Shown one piece after another: positions 52,119-62,068 of a stretch of DNA of 64,000 bases (the stretch's first letter is position 1; each line of letters opens with the position of its first letter). The stretch is taken from positions 1 to 64,000 of the forward strand of contig CDROCS010002637.1 in assembly GCA_977020255.1 (NCBI GenBank). Direction: 5' to 3'. A program made the translations under genes and the position numbers. Source of the stretch: Obrimoposthia wandeli. Lineage: Eukaryota. Under the pieces are notes generated by a model. That model ran no database searches. It saw nothing but the letters and a program-made list of their open reading frames with translations, and was not told where the DNA came from.

Positions 52119-53456
52119 ATGATCAAGATCAATAAAGGTCTAGATCTACCGATTGAAGGTACTGTAGCGCAGGAATTAACTGCCGCGCCTACTATACGTT
52201 CGGTCGCCGTGAGTGGCCCTGATTACGTCGGTTGTAAACCGACGATGGCCGTGAAGGTAGGAGATCGAGTTAAACTCGGTCAAGTGATCTTTTCTGACAA
52301 GAAAATCAAAGGTGTACATATCACAGCGCCAGCTGCTGGTACTGTAAGTGAAATTAACCGTGGCGATAAACGTCTGTTCCTCTCTGTCGTGATCGATGTA
52401 GATCAGGAAGAAGAGGCAGTAGAATTTGCCAAGCATTCAACGCAACAGCTGCCAGCATTAAGTGGTGAGCAAGTTGCAGAGCAATTGCAAGTGTCTGGAA
52501 TGTGGAGCGCTTTGCGTACCCGTCCTTTCAGCAAGGTGCCAGCGAGTGACTCAACAGCAGCGGCTGTCTTTGTTACTGCAATGGATACAAATCCATTGGC
52601 TGTTGACCCTGCAAAAATCATTGCAATGGATGCGCAAGCTTTTAGTGATGGTTTAACTGTCATTTCCAAGCTGACAGCTAAAACTTACTTGTGTAAGTCT
52701 GCTGGTAGCGATGTGCCTACTGTAGAAGGTGTGACGGTCGAAGAGTTCTCTGGTGTTCATCCAGCGGGCAATGTCGGCACACATATTCACTTTCTAGAAC
52801 CCGTGTCGCGCGATAAAGTAGTTTGGACGATAGGTTATCAGGATGTGATTGCTATTGGCAAATTGTTCACTGAAGGAAAGCTAAACGTTGAACGTGTTAT
52901 CAGTATATCGGGCCCAGCAGTTGATAAGCCTGTATTGCTTCGCACGCGCGTAGGTGCAGACTTAGCGCAACTTCTTGAAGGTGTTGCCAGCACAGAAGGC
53001 AATCGTGTGATTAGTGGGTCTGTTTGGAATGGTCGAACAGCTCATGGTGCATTGAACTACTTAAGCCGTTACGCCAACCAAGTAACCGTGCTAGAGCAAG
53101 GTGATAAACGCGAATTTTTAGGCTGGGCAGTACCTGGAGCAAATCGCTTCTCTGTACTCAATGTCTTCAGTTCAGCGCTATCAGGTGCTAAGAAGTTTGC
53201 TTTTTCTACCACCACTCATGGCTCAGAACGCGCCATGGTACCGGTAGGTCAATTCGAGCCTCTTATGCCTCTTGATATTTTGCCGACACAATTGCTCCGT
53301 GCAATCGTGACAGGTGATATTGTCTCTGCTATGCAGTTAGGCGCTCTGGAACTCGATGAAGAAGATCTGGCACTTTGTACGTTTGCCTGTCCTGGCAAGT
53401 ACGAGTACGGGCCGATTCTTCGCGATAACTTAACACGCATCGAGAAAGAGGCTTAA
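52119..53456 (+). CDS. nqrA: Na+-NQR subunit A
   Basis: [56 protein letters not shown]. Confidence 0.97.
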   Translation: MIKINKGLDLPIEGTVAQELTAAPTIRSVAVSGPDYVGCKPTMAVKVGDRVKLGQVIFSDKKIKGVHITAPAAGTVSEINRGDKRLFLSVVIDVDQEEEAVEFAKHSTQQLPALSGEQVAEQLQVSGMWSALRTRPFSKVPASDSTAAAVFVTAMDTNPLAVDPAKIIAMDAQAFSDGLTVISKLTAKTYLCKSAGSDVPTVEGVTVEEFSGVHPAGNVGTHIHFLEPVSRDKVVWTIGYQDVIAIGKLFTEGKLNVERVISISGPAVDKPVLLRTRVGADLAQLLEGVASTEGNRVISGSVWNGRTAHGALNYLSRYANQVTVLEQGDKREFLGWAVPGANRFSVLNVFSSALSGAKKFAFSTTTHGSERAMVPVGQFEPLMPLDILPTQLLRAIVTGDIVSAMQLGALELDEEDLALCTFACPGKYEYGPILRDNLTRIEKEA

Positions 53457-53460
53457 GAGT

Positions 53461-54669
53461 ATGAGTTTAAGAAATATTCTTGATAAAATGGAGCCGCATT
53501 TCCATAAAGGCGGTAAGTATGAAAATTGGTACGCGCTTTACGAAGCGGCAGATACCATTTTCTACACCCCAGGTGAAGTCACTAAGAGCGCATCTCATGT
53601 GCGTGATGGCGCTGATTTAAAGCGTATGATGATCTTGGTTTGGGCCTGTACTTTTCCGGCGGTATTCTTTGGTATGTACAACGTTGGCCTACAAGCTAAC
53701 AACGCCATGGATGCAATGGGGGTGGCTGAAGCTTCAGGTTGGCGTGGTGCTATAGCGGCGGCTTTGACCGGTTTTGATGCTAACAGCGTTTGGGATAACA
53801 TTATCTATGGAGCCACTTATTGGCTACCAATTTATCTAGTGACGTTCGTCGTCGGTGGATTCTGGGAAGTGTTGTTTGCAATGAAACGTGGTCACGAAGT
53901 TAACGAAGGTTTCTTTGTTACTTCCATCCTGTTCTCTCTGACCCTTCCCCCTTCAATTCCACTGTGGCAAGTTGCTTTAGGCATCAGCTTTGGTGTGGTT
54001 ATCGGTAAAGAAGTATTTGGAGGCACCGGTAAAAACTTCCTTAACCCGGCTCTAACGGGTCGTGCTTTCCTATTCTTTGCTTACCCAGCGCAAATGTCAG
54101 GTGATGCAATTTGGACAGCCGTTGATGGTTTCTCTGGTGCAACGCCTCTCGGTCTTGCAGCAACAGGGGGTGTTGAGGCTATTATCGCTAGCAACCTTAC
54201 TTGGATGGATGCTTTCATGGGTCGTATTCAAGGCTCTGTCGGTGAAGTGTCTACCTTAGCTATTTTGATTGGTGGTGGTGTGCTTGTCGCAATGCGACTG
54301 GCCGCTTGGCGAATTGTGGCGGGTGTCTTCATGGGCATGGTTGCCATGAGTACGATACTCAATCTTATCGGCTCTGATACTAATCCAATGTTCCAGCTAC
54401 CGTTCTACTGGCACATGGTCTTAGGTGGTTTTGCGTTTGGTATGTTCTTTATGGCTACCGACCCAATATCTGCTTCAATGACCAATGTTGGTAAGTGGTA
54501 CTTCGGTGCTCTGATCGGTGTCATGGTGGTGCTTATTCGTGTCGTTAACCCAGCTTTCCCAGAAGGCATGATGTTGGCGATTCTGTTTGGTAACTTGTTC
54601 GCTCCATTGATTGATAGCTTTGTAGTACAGGCCAACATTAAACGGAGGTTACAGCGCAATGGCAGCTAA
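53461..54669 (+). CDS. nqrB: Na+-NQR subunit B
   Basis: [16 protein letters not shown] site [26 protein letters not shown]. Confidence 0.97.
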   Translation: MSLRNILDKMEPHFHKGGKYENWYALYEAADTIFYTPGEVTKSASHVRDGADLKRMMILVWACTFPAVFFGMYNVGLQANNAMDAMGVAEASGWRGAIAAALTGFDANSVWDNIIYGATYWLPIYLVTFVVGGFWEVLFAMKRGHEVNEGFFVTSILFSLTLPPSIPLWQVALGISFGVVIGKEVFGGTGKNFLNPALTGRAFLFFAYPAQMSGDAIWTAVDGFSGATPLGLAATGGVEAIIASNLTWMDAFMGRIQGSVGEVSTLAILIGGGVLVAMRLAAWRIVAGVFMGMVAMSTILNLIGSDTNPMFQLPFYWHMVLGGFAFGMFFMATDPISASMTNVGKWYFGALIGVMVVLIRVVNPAFPEGMMLAILFGNLFAPLIDSFVVQANIKRRLQRNGS

Positions 54670-55438
54670 TAACGATACGATAGGTAAAACGATTGGTGTA
54701 ACCGTTGCTCTCTGTGTTGTTTGTTCTGTTGTAGTATCTGCAGCAGCGGTACTGTTAAAGCCGCAGCAAATAAAAAACAAAGAGTTAGACCGTCAGTCAA
54801 ACATTTTGGCAGCAGCGAACATCGACTATAAAGGTCAAGATGTTCAGAAACTATTTGCCGAGAGAATTACAACGAAATACGTTGAGCTCAAAACCGGTAA
54901 ATATGTTGAAAAGCCAGAGGGTTATAAAGACTCCAAACGTGCGTCGAAAGAACCTGAACTGTCTACAGCGCTCGCGCGTAAAGATGATCTTGCTTCTATC
55001 AAGCGTACAGCGGATGTTATGCCTATTTACTTGATTGAAAAAGATCAGCAACTAAGTACGGTTATCTTGCCCGTTCACGGCTATGGCCTGTGGTCGACAC
55101 TCTATGGTTTTTTAGCATTAGAGGGTGATTTAAATACTGTTGTCGGTTTGGGTTTCTACTCACACGCGGAGACCCCAGGTCTAGGTGGTGAAGTTGATAA
55201 TCCTAAGTGGAAGGCACTATGGCCAGGTAAAGAAGTTTACGCCCCAGGATCAATGGAGCCAAAACTTGGCTTGATCAAAGGTTCGGTTAATGCGGCGTCA
55301 GCAGATGCTAAATACCAAATCGATGGTCTCTCAGGTGCAACCTTGACCAGTAATGGTGTGTCGAATCTGGTTAAATTTTGGATGGGTAAAAATGGCTTTG
55401 CCACTTACCTGACTAACTTGAAAGCAGGGGAGAGCTAA
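54659..55438 (+). CDS. nqrC: Na+-NQR subunit C
   Basis: [22 protein letters not shown] site [11 protein letters not shown]. Confidence 0.97.
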   Translation: MAANNDTIGKTIGVTVALCVVCSVVVSAAAVLLKPQQIKNKELDRQSNILAAANIDYKGQDVQKLFAERITTKYVELKTGKYVEKPEGYKDSKRASKEPELSTALARKDDLASIKRTADVMPIYLIEKDQQLSTVILPVHGYGLWSTLYGFLALEGDLNTVVGLGFYSHAETPGLGGEVDNPKWKALWPGKEVYAPGSMEPKLGLIKGSVNAASADAKYQIDGLSGATLTSNGVSNLVKFWMGKNGFATYLTNLKAGES

Positions 55439-55441
55439 GCA

Positions 55442-56092
55442 ATGTCTGAAACTAAAGACTTAATTGTAAAGCCAGTTATTGCAAACAACCCAATTGCGCT
55501 GCAAATTTTGGGTGTATGTTCTGCGCTGGCGGTAACATCTAACTTAAACACTGCGGTGGTAATGACTTTAGCGGTAATGACAGTAACAGCTTTTTCAAGC
55601 ATGTTTGTCTCGCTAATTCGCAATCACATGCCCAGTACTATTCGTATTATCTGTCAAATGACGATCATTGCATCATTGGTTATCGTCGTCGATCAGATTC
55701 TAAAGGCAGTTGCCTACGATGTGTCTAAGCAGCTATCTGTGTTTGTTGGCTTGATTATCACTAACTGTATTGTTATGGGTCGCGCAGAAGCATTCGCGAT
55801 GAAGAATCCGCCGATTCCGTCATTCTTTGATGGTATAGGTAACGGCCTTGGCTATGGCGCAGTACTGATGTTCGTTGGTTTTATCCGCGAATTATTCGGT
55901 TCTGGTTCACTGTTTGGTATCGAAATTCTTCCGCTGGTAACTAATGACGGCTGGTACATGAGTAATGGTTTATTACTGCTACCACCGAGTGCATTCTTTA
56001 TTATCGGTATGATGATTTGGATTATCCGCACCGTCGATAAAAAACAAGTTGAAGCACCTGACTTTGTGATCGCTCACAATACTAAGAAGTAG
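55442..56092 (+). CDS. nqrD: Na+-NQR subunit D
   Basis: [27 protein letters not shown]. Confidence 0.97.
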   Translation: MSETKDLIVKPVIANNPIALQILGVCSALAVTSNLNTAVVMTLAVMTVTAFSSMFVSLIRNHMPSTIRIICQMTIIASLVIVVDQILKAVAYDVSKQLSVFVGLIITNCIVMGRAEAFAMKNPPIPSFFDGIGNGLGYGAVLMFVGFIRELFGSGSLFGIEILPLVTNDGWYMSNGLLLLPPSAFFIIGMMIWIIRTVDKKQVEAPDFVIAHNTKK

Positions 56093-56100
56093 AGTGCGTA

Positions 56101-56709
56101 ATGGAACAGTACATTAGCTTGTTTGTAAAAGCTGTGTTTGTTGAAAACATGGCATTGTCGTTCTTCTTAGGCATGTGTACTTTCTTGGCTATCTCTAAGA
56201 AAGTACAGACGGCGATTGGCTTGGGGATTGCGGTTATCGTTGTATTGGCGATAACAACCCCTGTTAACAACCTACTTTACAACAATCTGTTGAAAGAAGG
56301 CGCGTTGGCATGGGCCGGTTACCCCGATGTAGATTTGAGCTTCCTTGGCTACATTTCTTACATTGGCGTTATCGCGGCGATGGTACAGATACTAGAGATG
56401 ATCTTAGATAAGTTCTTCCCGGCACTGTACAACGCTCTCGGCGTATTCTTACCCTTGATTACAGTTAACTGCGCCATTATGGGTGCGGCGCTATTCATGG
56501 TAGAGCGTGATTACAATTTCAGTGAATCAGTTGTCTACGGTGTCGGCGCAGGTCTTGGCTGGGCATTGGCAATAGCAACACTGGCGGGTATTCGCGAAAA
56601 GCTAAAATACAGCGATGTTCCAGCGGGTCTGCGTGGTTTAGGTATTACCTTTATCTCGGTAGGATTGATGGCACTTGGCTTTATGTCATTCTCTGGCGTA
56701 CAGCTATAA
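56101..56709 (+). CDS. nqrE: Na+-NQR subunit E
   Basis: [29 protein letters not shown]. Confidence 0.97.
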   Translation: MEQYISLFVKAVFVENMALSFFLGMCTFLAISKKVQTAIGLGIAVIVVLAITTPVNNLLYNNLLKEGALAWAGYPDVDLSFLGYISYIGVIAAMVQILEMILDKFFPALYNALGVFLPLITVNCAIMGAALFMVERDYNFSESVVYGVGAGLGWALAIATLAGIREKLKYSDVPAGLRGLGITFISVGLMALGFMSFSGVQL

Positions 56710-56739
56710 CATGATAATTGATAAAGGAATATATTAGCC

Positions 56740-57969
56740 ATGAATGCTGAAATTATTCTCGGTGTTGTCATGTTTACCGTGGTAGTGCTTGCACTAGTCG
56801 CGGTAATTTTGGCAGCACGTTCCAAATTAGTAAGTACGGGTAACGTTAGTATTGGTATTAACGATGACCCGTCTAAATCGATCGAAGTGACAGCCGGTGG
56901 CAAACTGCTACAGACTTTATCTTCAGCGGGTATCTTTGTACCTTCTGCCTGTGGTGGCGGTGGTACTTGCGCACAGTGTAAGTGTCAAGTTCTCAGTGGC
57001 GGTGGCTCAATGCTTCCAACTGAAGAATCACACTTCACAATGCGTGAAGCAAAAGAGGGCTGGCGCTTAGCTTGCCAAGTAGCTGTAAAGCAGGATATGC
57101 AACTTGAACTCGAAGATGAAATTTTCGGTGTTAAGAAGTGGACTTGTACAGTGGGTGCTAACCCCAACTTGGCAACTTTCATCAAAGAGCTAACACTTGA
57201 GTTACCTGAAGGTGAGAACGTAGATTTCCGCGCTGGTGGTTATGTGCAACTTGAATGCCCTCCACACACTGTCGATTACAAAGATTTTGATATCGAAGAA
57301 GAGTATCGTGGCGATTGGGATAAGTTTAACGTGTGGAATAATATTTCCACGGTAAGCGAAACCACTATTCGTGCTTACTCAATGGCCAACTACCCAGAAG
57401 AGCGAGGGATTGTAAAGTTCAATATCCGTATCGCTTCGCCGCCTCCGGGCAGTCAGGGTATCCCACCGGGTATCATGTCATCGTATGTCTTCAGCTTGAA
57501 GCCAGGTGATAAGATCGACGTTTATGGACCTTTCGGCGAGTTTTTCGCCAAAGATACTGACAACGAAATGGTCTTTATTGGTGGTGGTGCTGGCATGGCA
57601 CCAATGCGCTCGCACATCTTTGATCAGTTAAAGCGTTTAAATTCAACACGCAAGATCTCTTTTTGGTATGGAGCTCGTTCATTGCGCGAAGCTTTTTACA
57701 ACGAAGAGTACGATATGCTTGCCGCGGAGAATGAAAACTTTAAATGGCACTTAGCTCTGTCCGACCCACAACCAGAAGATAACTGGGACGGCATGACTGG
57801 TTTCATCCACAATGTATTGTTTGAAAACTATCTTAAGGATCACGAAGCGCCTGAAGATTGTGAATTCTATATGTGTGGACCACCAATGATGAATAATGCT
57901 GTTGTCCAAATGTTAGTTGATTTGGGTGTTGAGCGTGAAAACATCTTCCTCGATGACTTTGGTGGCTAA
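56740..57969 (+). CDS. nqrF: Na+-NQR subunit F
   Basis: [12 protein letters not shown] 2Fe-2S motif, [34 protein letters not shown]. Confidence 0.97.
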   Translation: MNAEIILGVVMFTVVVLALVAVILAARSKLVSTGNVSIGINDDPSKSIEVTAGGKLLQTLSSAGIFVPSACGGGGTCAQCKCQVLSGGGSMLPTEESHFTMREAKEGWRLACQVAVKQDMQLELEDEIFGVKKWTCTVGANPNLATFIKELTLELPEGENVDFRAGGYVQLECPPHTVDYKDFDIEEEYRGDWDKFNVWNNISTVSETTIRAYSMANYPEERGIVKFNIRIASPPPGSQGIPPGIMSSYVFSLKPGDKIDVYGPFGEFFAKDTDNEMVFIGGGAGMAPMRSHIFDQLKRLNSTRKISFWYGARSLREAFYNEEYDMLAAENENFKWHLALSDPQPEDNWDGMTGFIHNVLFENYLKDHEAPEDCEFYMCGPPMMNNAVVQMLVDLGVERENIFLDDFGG

Positions 57970-57974
57970 GCTAG

Positions 57975-59021
57975 ATGTTTAAGTCTCTATTTAGCGTACC
58001 TAAGTACGCTTTACAACGGCTGGCAGTTTATCTGCTGGCCGTTTTTGTACTCAGCCCTACAAATACCTTTGCAAGTGACATTGTTGCTGTAGAAGGCCCT
58101 ACGATGGGTACTGCTTATCATGTTAAGTGGGTAGATGAAAAAACAAATACCACTGTGGATAAGCAACAAATACAACAAAAGATTGATCAGCTGTTGCAAG
58201 ATATCAACCAACAGATGTCAACTTATATTAAAAATTCTGAATTATCGCTATTCAATCAAAAGCCTAGCGGTAGTGAACAAAAAGTATCGAGTGAACTTTA
58301 TCAAGTCTTAAAACTTGCCCAGCAAATTAGTCACAGCACTGAAGGTGCCTATGACATCAGTGTGGGGCCGTTAGTCAATTTGTGGGGTTTTGGTCCAGAT
58401 GGGCGTATTACAAAAGCCCCTAGTGATAGTGACATATCAAGAGTACGTCAGCGAGTAGGGTTTCAAAAGTTGCAACTATTGGCTGATAATACAATCAAGA
58501 AGAATGCTGATCTCTATATCGATTTATCGTCAATTGCCAAAGGGTATGCCGTTGATTTGGTTTCCCAATTATTAGAGCAATACAATATCAGCGCTTACCT
58601 TGTTGAAATTGGTGGCGAACTGCGAGCAAAAGGTAGCAAACCGAATGGTTTAGAATGGCGTATTGCTGTTGAAAGTCCTACGAGTGGGCGCGCTATTCAA
58701 AAAATCGTTTCTGTATCAGGTGTTGCCGTGGCGACATCAGGTGACTACCGTAATTATTTTGAACAAGATGGAGTGCGCTATTCGCACACCATTGATACTA
58801 AAACGGCCAGGCCGGTCAGTCATAACTTAGCATCCGTGACTGTTTTAGCGAAAGACAGTGCTCTTGCAGATGCATTGGCAACCGCGTTTCTCGCAATGGG
58901 GCAAAAGCGTGCTTATCAATATGCAGTGGCGAATAATATTGATGCCTTTTTTATCAGTAAAGAAGCGGATGCTTTTGTTGAGAAAATGACAGCGGGTTTT
59001 GCGAAACGCGTGATTAAGTGA
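57975..59021 (+). CDS. apbE: FAD:protein FMN transferase ApbE
   Basis: GPTMGTAYHVK, DLSSIAKGYAVD, ATSGDYRNYFE, ADALAT; follows nqrF. Confidence 0.95.
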   Translation: MFKSLFSVPKYALQRLAVYLLAVFVLSPTNTFASDIVAVEGPTMGTAYHVKWVDEKTNTTVDKQQIQQKIDQLLQDINQQMSTYIKNSELSLFNQKPSGSEQKVSSELYQVLKLAQQISHSTEGAYDISVGPLVNLWGFGPDGRITKAPSDSDISRVRQRVGFQKLQLLADNTIKKNADLYIDLSSIAKGYAVDLVSQLLEQYNISAYLVEIGGELRAKGSKPNGLEWRIAVESPTSGRAIQKIVSVSGVAVATSGDYRNYFEQDGVRYSHTIDTKTARPVSHNLASVTVLAKDSALADALATAFLAMGQKRAYQYAVANNIDAFFISKEADAFVEKMTAGFAKRVIK

Positions 59022-59063
59022 CGGCTCGGCAATCTAGAATTTAAATTTTATTAAGAGGTAATT

Positions 59064-59303
59064 ATGGGAACGTTTGTAGCAGTGTTAAGTGTCTTATTGC
59101 TTGTCGTGATTGCGATGTCAGTGGGTGTTTTATTAGGCCGTAAGCCAATTGCGGGCTCTTGTGGTGGCATGGCATCCTTAGGTATGGATACCGCATGTGA
59201 TATTTGTGCGGGTGATAAACAAATTTGCGAAGATGAAAATGAGCGTGTTGCACGCGAGGCTCGTGAGTCTAAAACAACAGATTTGGGCTACGAAATTAAA
59301 TAA
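59064..59303 (+). CDS. nqrM: Na+-NQR maturation protein NqrM
   Basis: TM segment then KPIAGSCGG..CDIC..C. Confidence 0.93.
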   Translation: MGTFVAVLSVLLLVVIAMSVGVLLGRKPIAGSCGGMASLGMDTACDICAGDKQICEDENERVAREARESKTTDLGYEIK

Positions 59304-59458
59304 TAAACTTGCCAGTAATTTACCACAAGAAGCTGATTGTCTATGGGACATCGTTAGTTGACGTCAGTTATGATAAGTTACGTGGCATTTATGAATGATA
59401 TAAGAAGATAAAAGCTGTGGGCAGATGATTCACAGCGCTAAATGCGAAGGGGATATTG

Positions 59459-60859
59459 ATGGCTGAATATGACTATGATGTAGTAGTAATTGGATCGGGT
59501 CCTGCAGGTGAAGGTGCGGCGATGAACGCCGCTAAGCACGGCCGAAAAGTAGCAATCATTGAAGAGCAGCAATCCGTGGGTGGTAATTGTACTCACAAGG
59601 GAACAATTCCATCTAAGTCACTACGTCACTCAGTGAAGCAAATCGTTGAGTTTAATACCAACCCGATGTTTCGTGAAATCGGTGAGCCACGCTGGTTTTC
59701 GTTCCAAAAAGTGCTTAATCGTGCTGAGAAAGTTATGGCTAACCAAGTCATGCTTAGAACAAATTTTTATGCGCGTAACCGCGTCGACGTTTTCTTCGGT
59801 ACCGCCGAATTTCACGATGCCAAGACAGTTATTGTTAAGGGCACTGCTCGTGGCGATGAGACACTTAAAGCAAAAAATATAGTGATTGCAACGGGCTCTA
59901 GCCCATATAGCCCTGCCGATATAGATTTTGATCACCCGCGTATCTATAACTCTGACACTATTCTTAAGCTCAATCATACGCCGCGTACTATTATTATATT
60001 CGGTGCGGGAGTTATCGGTTGTGAATACGCCTCTATCTTCAGTGGTTTAGGCGTGAAGGTCGATTTGGTCGACACACGAGATCGTCTATTGTCTTTCCTT
60101 GATGGCGAAATTTCCGACGCTCTGAGCTATCACTTGCGTAACACCGCGGTTAAAATTCGTCACAATGAGGAATACGAAAATGTAGCAACCGATGAAAAAG
60201 GCGTTATTCTTTCGCTGAAATCGGGTAAGCGAATTCGTGCAGATGCGTTCCTTTGGTGTAATGGGCGCACAGGTAATACCGCTGAATTGAAGCTTGAGAA
60301 CGCAGGTTTAACGGCAAATAACCGCGGACAATTAGAAGTAGATCAACGCTATCGTACTGCTGTTGAAGGTATTTCGGCAGCAGGTGATGTTATTGGTTGG
60401 CCAAGCCTTGCATCAGCGGCAATAGACCAAGGACGCTCAGCTTCTTCTGATTTCTTAGAATCGGGTGATTTCCGTTATATCAATGAAGTGCCGACAGGTA
60501 TTTATACCATTCCTGAGATCAGTTCTATTGGTAAGACAGAAGAAGAGCTGACGTCAGAAAGAGTTCCCTACGAAGTTGGGCAGGCATTCTTTAAAGATAC
60601 GGCTCGTGCTCAAATTACCAGTCAGCCGGTGGGTATGCTTAAAATCTTATTTGATCCTGAATCATTAAAGATATTAGGTATACACTGTTTCGGTGATCAA
60701 GCTTCTGAGATTATTCACATCGGTCAAGCAATTATGCGTCAGGAGGGAGAGGGAAATACCATTAACTACTTCGTTAATACCACCTTCAACTATCCGACCA
60801 TGGCTGAAGCTTATCGTGTAGCTGCGATTGCAGGCTTGAACAGAATTGCGCATCTGTAA
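59459..60859 (+). CDS. sthA: Soluble pyridine nucleotide transhydrogenase
   Basis: [55 protein letters not shown]. Confidence 0.96.
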   Translation: MAEYDYDVVVIGSGPAGEGAAMNAAKHGRKVAIIEEQQSVGGNCTHKGTIPSKSLRHSVKQIVEFNTNPMFREIGEPRWFSFQKVLNRAEKVMANQVMLRTNFYARNRVDVFFGTAEFHDAKTVIVKGTARGDETLKAKNIVIATGSSPYSPADIDFDHPRIYNSDTILKLNHTPRTIIIFGAGVIGCEYASIFSGLGVKVDLVDTRDRLLSFLDGEISDALSYHLRNTAVKIRHNEEYENVATDEKGVILSLKSGKRIRADAFLWCNGRTGNTAELKLENAGLTANNRGQLEVDQRYRTAVEGISAAGDVIGWPSLASAAIDQGRSASSDFLESGDFRYINEVPTGIYTIPEISSIGKTEEELTSERVPYEVGQAFFKDTARAQITSQPVGMLKILFDPESLKILGIHCFGDQASEIIHIGQAIMRQEGEGNTINYFVNTTFNYPTMAEAYRVAAIAGLNRIAHL

Positions 60860-60867
60860 AATGTTGT

Positions 60868-60899
60868 AATAAAAAAGCGCCCAAGGGCGCTTTTTTATT
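60868..60899. terminator. Bidirectional intrinsic terminator
   Basis: AATAAAAAAGCGCCC-aa-GGGCGCTTTTTTATT between convergent sthA and 60920..61201. Confidence 0.85.
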
Positions 60900-60919
60900 G
60901 GCTATAATATGTAGGCTAT

Positions 60920-61201
60920 CTACTCTTGATCTTTAGTTTTCTCTTTGTAGTAGCTATCTTCGTAGTATGTGCCTTTTATCTGCAGTTTTTTCTCTACCCA
61001 ACGAGTATAACGACTCCAGATGGCAAACGGGATTATCATCCCTAATCCTATGCCCAACATTAAGCCAGCCCCTTCGTATTCAGGGCTGAACTGTTGTGTG
61101 ACTAAGTCAAAGAATTCAAATTTTTGCAGTAGGTAGTAACAGAGAATTAAAAAGGCGAAACCAATAGCCGTCGCTATGTGATGAGGTAATTTGTTATTCA
61201 A
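60920..61201 (-). CDS. Hypothetical small membrane protein (two TM segments)
   Basis: 93 aa with two hydrophobic segments; ends just before the bidirectional terminator. Confidence 0.7.
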   Translation of the reverse strand: MNNKLPHHIATAIGFAFLILCYYLLQKFEFFDLVTQQFSPEYEGAGLMLGIGLGMIIPFAIWSRYTRWVEKKLQIKGTYYEDSYYKEKTKDQE

Positions 61202-61573
61202 AAGTATATCGATTTATTTATGAGTGAGAGGGTAGCTTATAATATTTTACTTTGGCCTGTCTAGCTGGTAGCTAGGTTAAGCGGTTATCCGTAATTGAAA
61301 CATGAATGCTTTTATCACTAACATACTCGTTATTAGGCAGTATTGCTTCGGTTCGCCATCGTAAGAACACAATGGCTTATTTTATTTTCTCTCTATAATT
61401 TGCTGTTTTCTGGGTGTTAACGGCCTGGTTGACGTCAGATTGAAACATCTGTTTGTTTATATTCCTTAAAAAGCATCAAAAATTCAGCATAATGATCCGC
61501 TTCAATTAAACGGGCTCAGCAAGATACTTGTGCCGATATTATGACTTAATGGATTAGGTCGTCAGGAGACGAC

Positions 61574-62068
61574 ATGCGTTATTTTTTAACTTTACTCAGT
61601 ATTAACTTTTTATTGCTATTGAGCACAGCTACAAGCGCTCAAGATAGTAAGGTAATACTGTCACTCAGCGGATATTCGGCACAGCTGAACCAGCAGGTCA
61701 TTCGCACTTTTAGCTATCAGCAATTAATGACGTTACCGCAAAAAACAGTCGTAACAACGACAAATTGGACAACGGGTGATACCGAATTTAAAGGGCCATT
61801 ACTAAGGGATGTGATCGCCTTGAGTAAAGTCTCGGGCAACAGCTTAACCGCGATAGCGGCCAATGATTACAGTATTGACATCCCTTCTGAAGATTTTGAA
61901 AAATATGACGTTATTCTTGCATTGGAGAAAAACCAAAAACGTTTAACACTCCGCACTAAAGGTCCCATTTGGTTGATCTATCCTTGGTCAGATCATGCAG
62001 AACTGCAACATGGTGTTTATTACTCACGTTCTATTTGGCAATTGATCGAACTTAATAGCCATGACTAA
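61574..62068 (+). CDS. Secreted SUOX/Oxidored_molyb-like protein, PruR-like (no Cys)
   Basis: Sec-type signal ending ATSA; TNW..FKGPLLRD, ANDY..IP, VILA, KGPIWLIYP, WQL motifs; no cysteine; AGGAG RBS. Confidence 0.8.
   Translation: MRYFLTLLSINFLLLLSTATSAQDSKVILSLSGYSAQLNQQVIRTFSYQQLMTLPQKTVVTTTNWTTGDTEFKGPLLRDVIALSKVSGNSLTAIAANDYSIDIPSEDFEKYDVILALEKNQKRLTLRTKGPIWLIYPWSDHAELQHGVYYSRSIWQLIELNSHD

Noticed and set aside
59357-61438. GTTGACGTCAG occurs upstream of both sthA and the PruR-like gene
   Set aside because: Only two copies, no matching -10 at proper spacing and no regulator I can assign.
61507-61539. GCCGATAT upstream of the PruR-like gene as a sigma28 -10 box
   Set aside because: The nearest TAAA is 21 nt away instead of 15; spacing is wrong.
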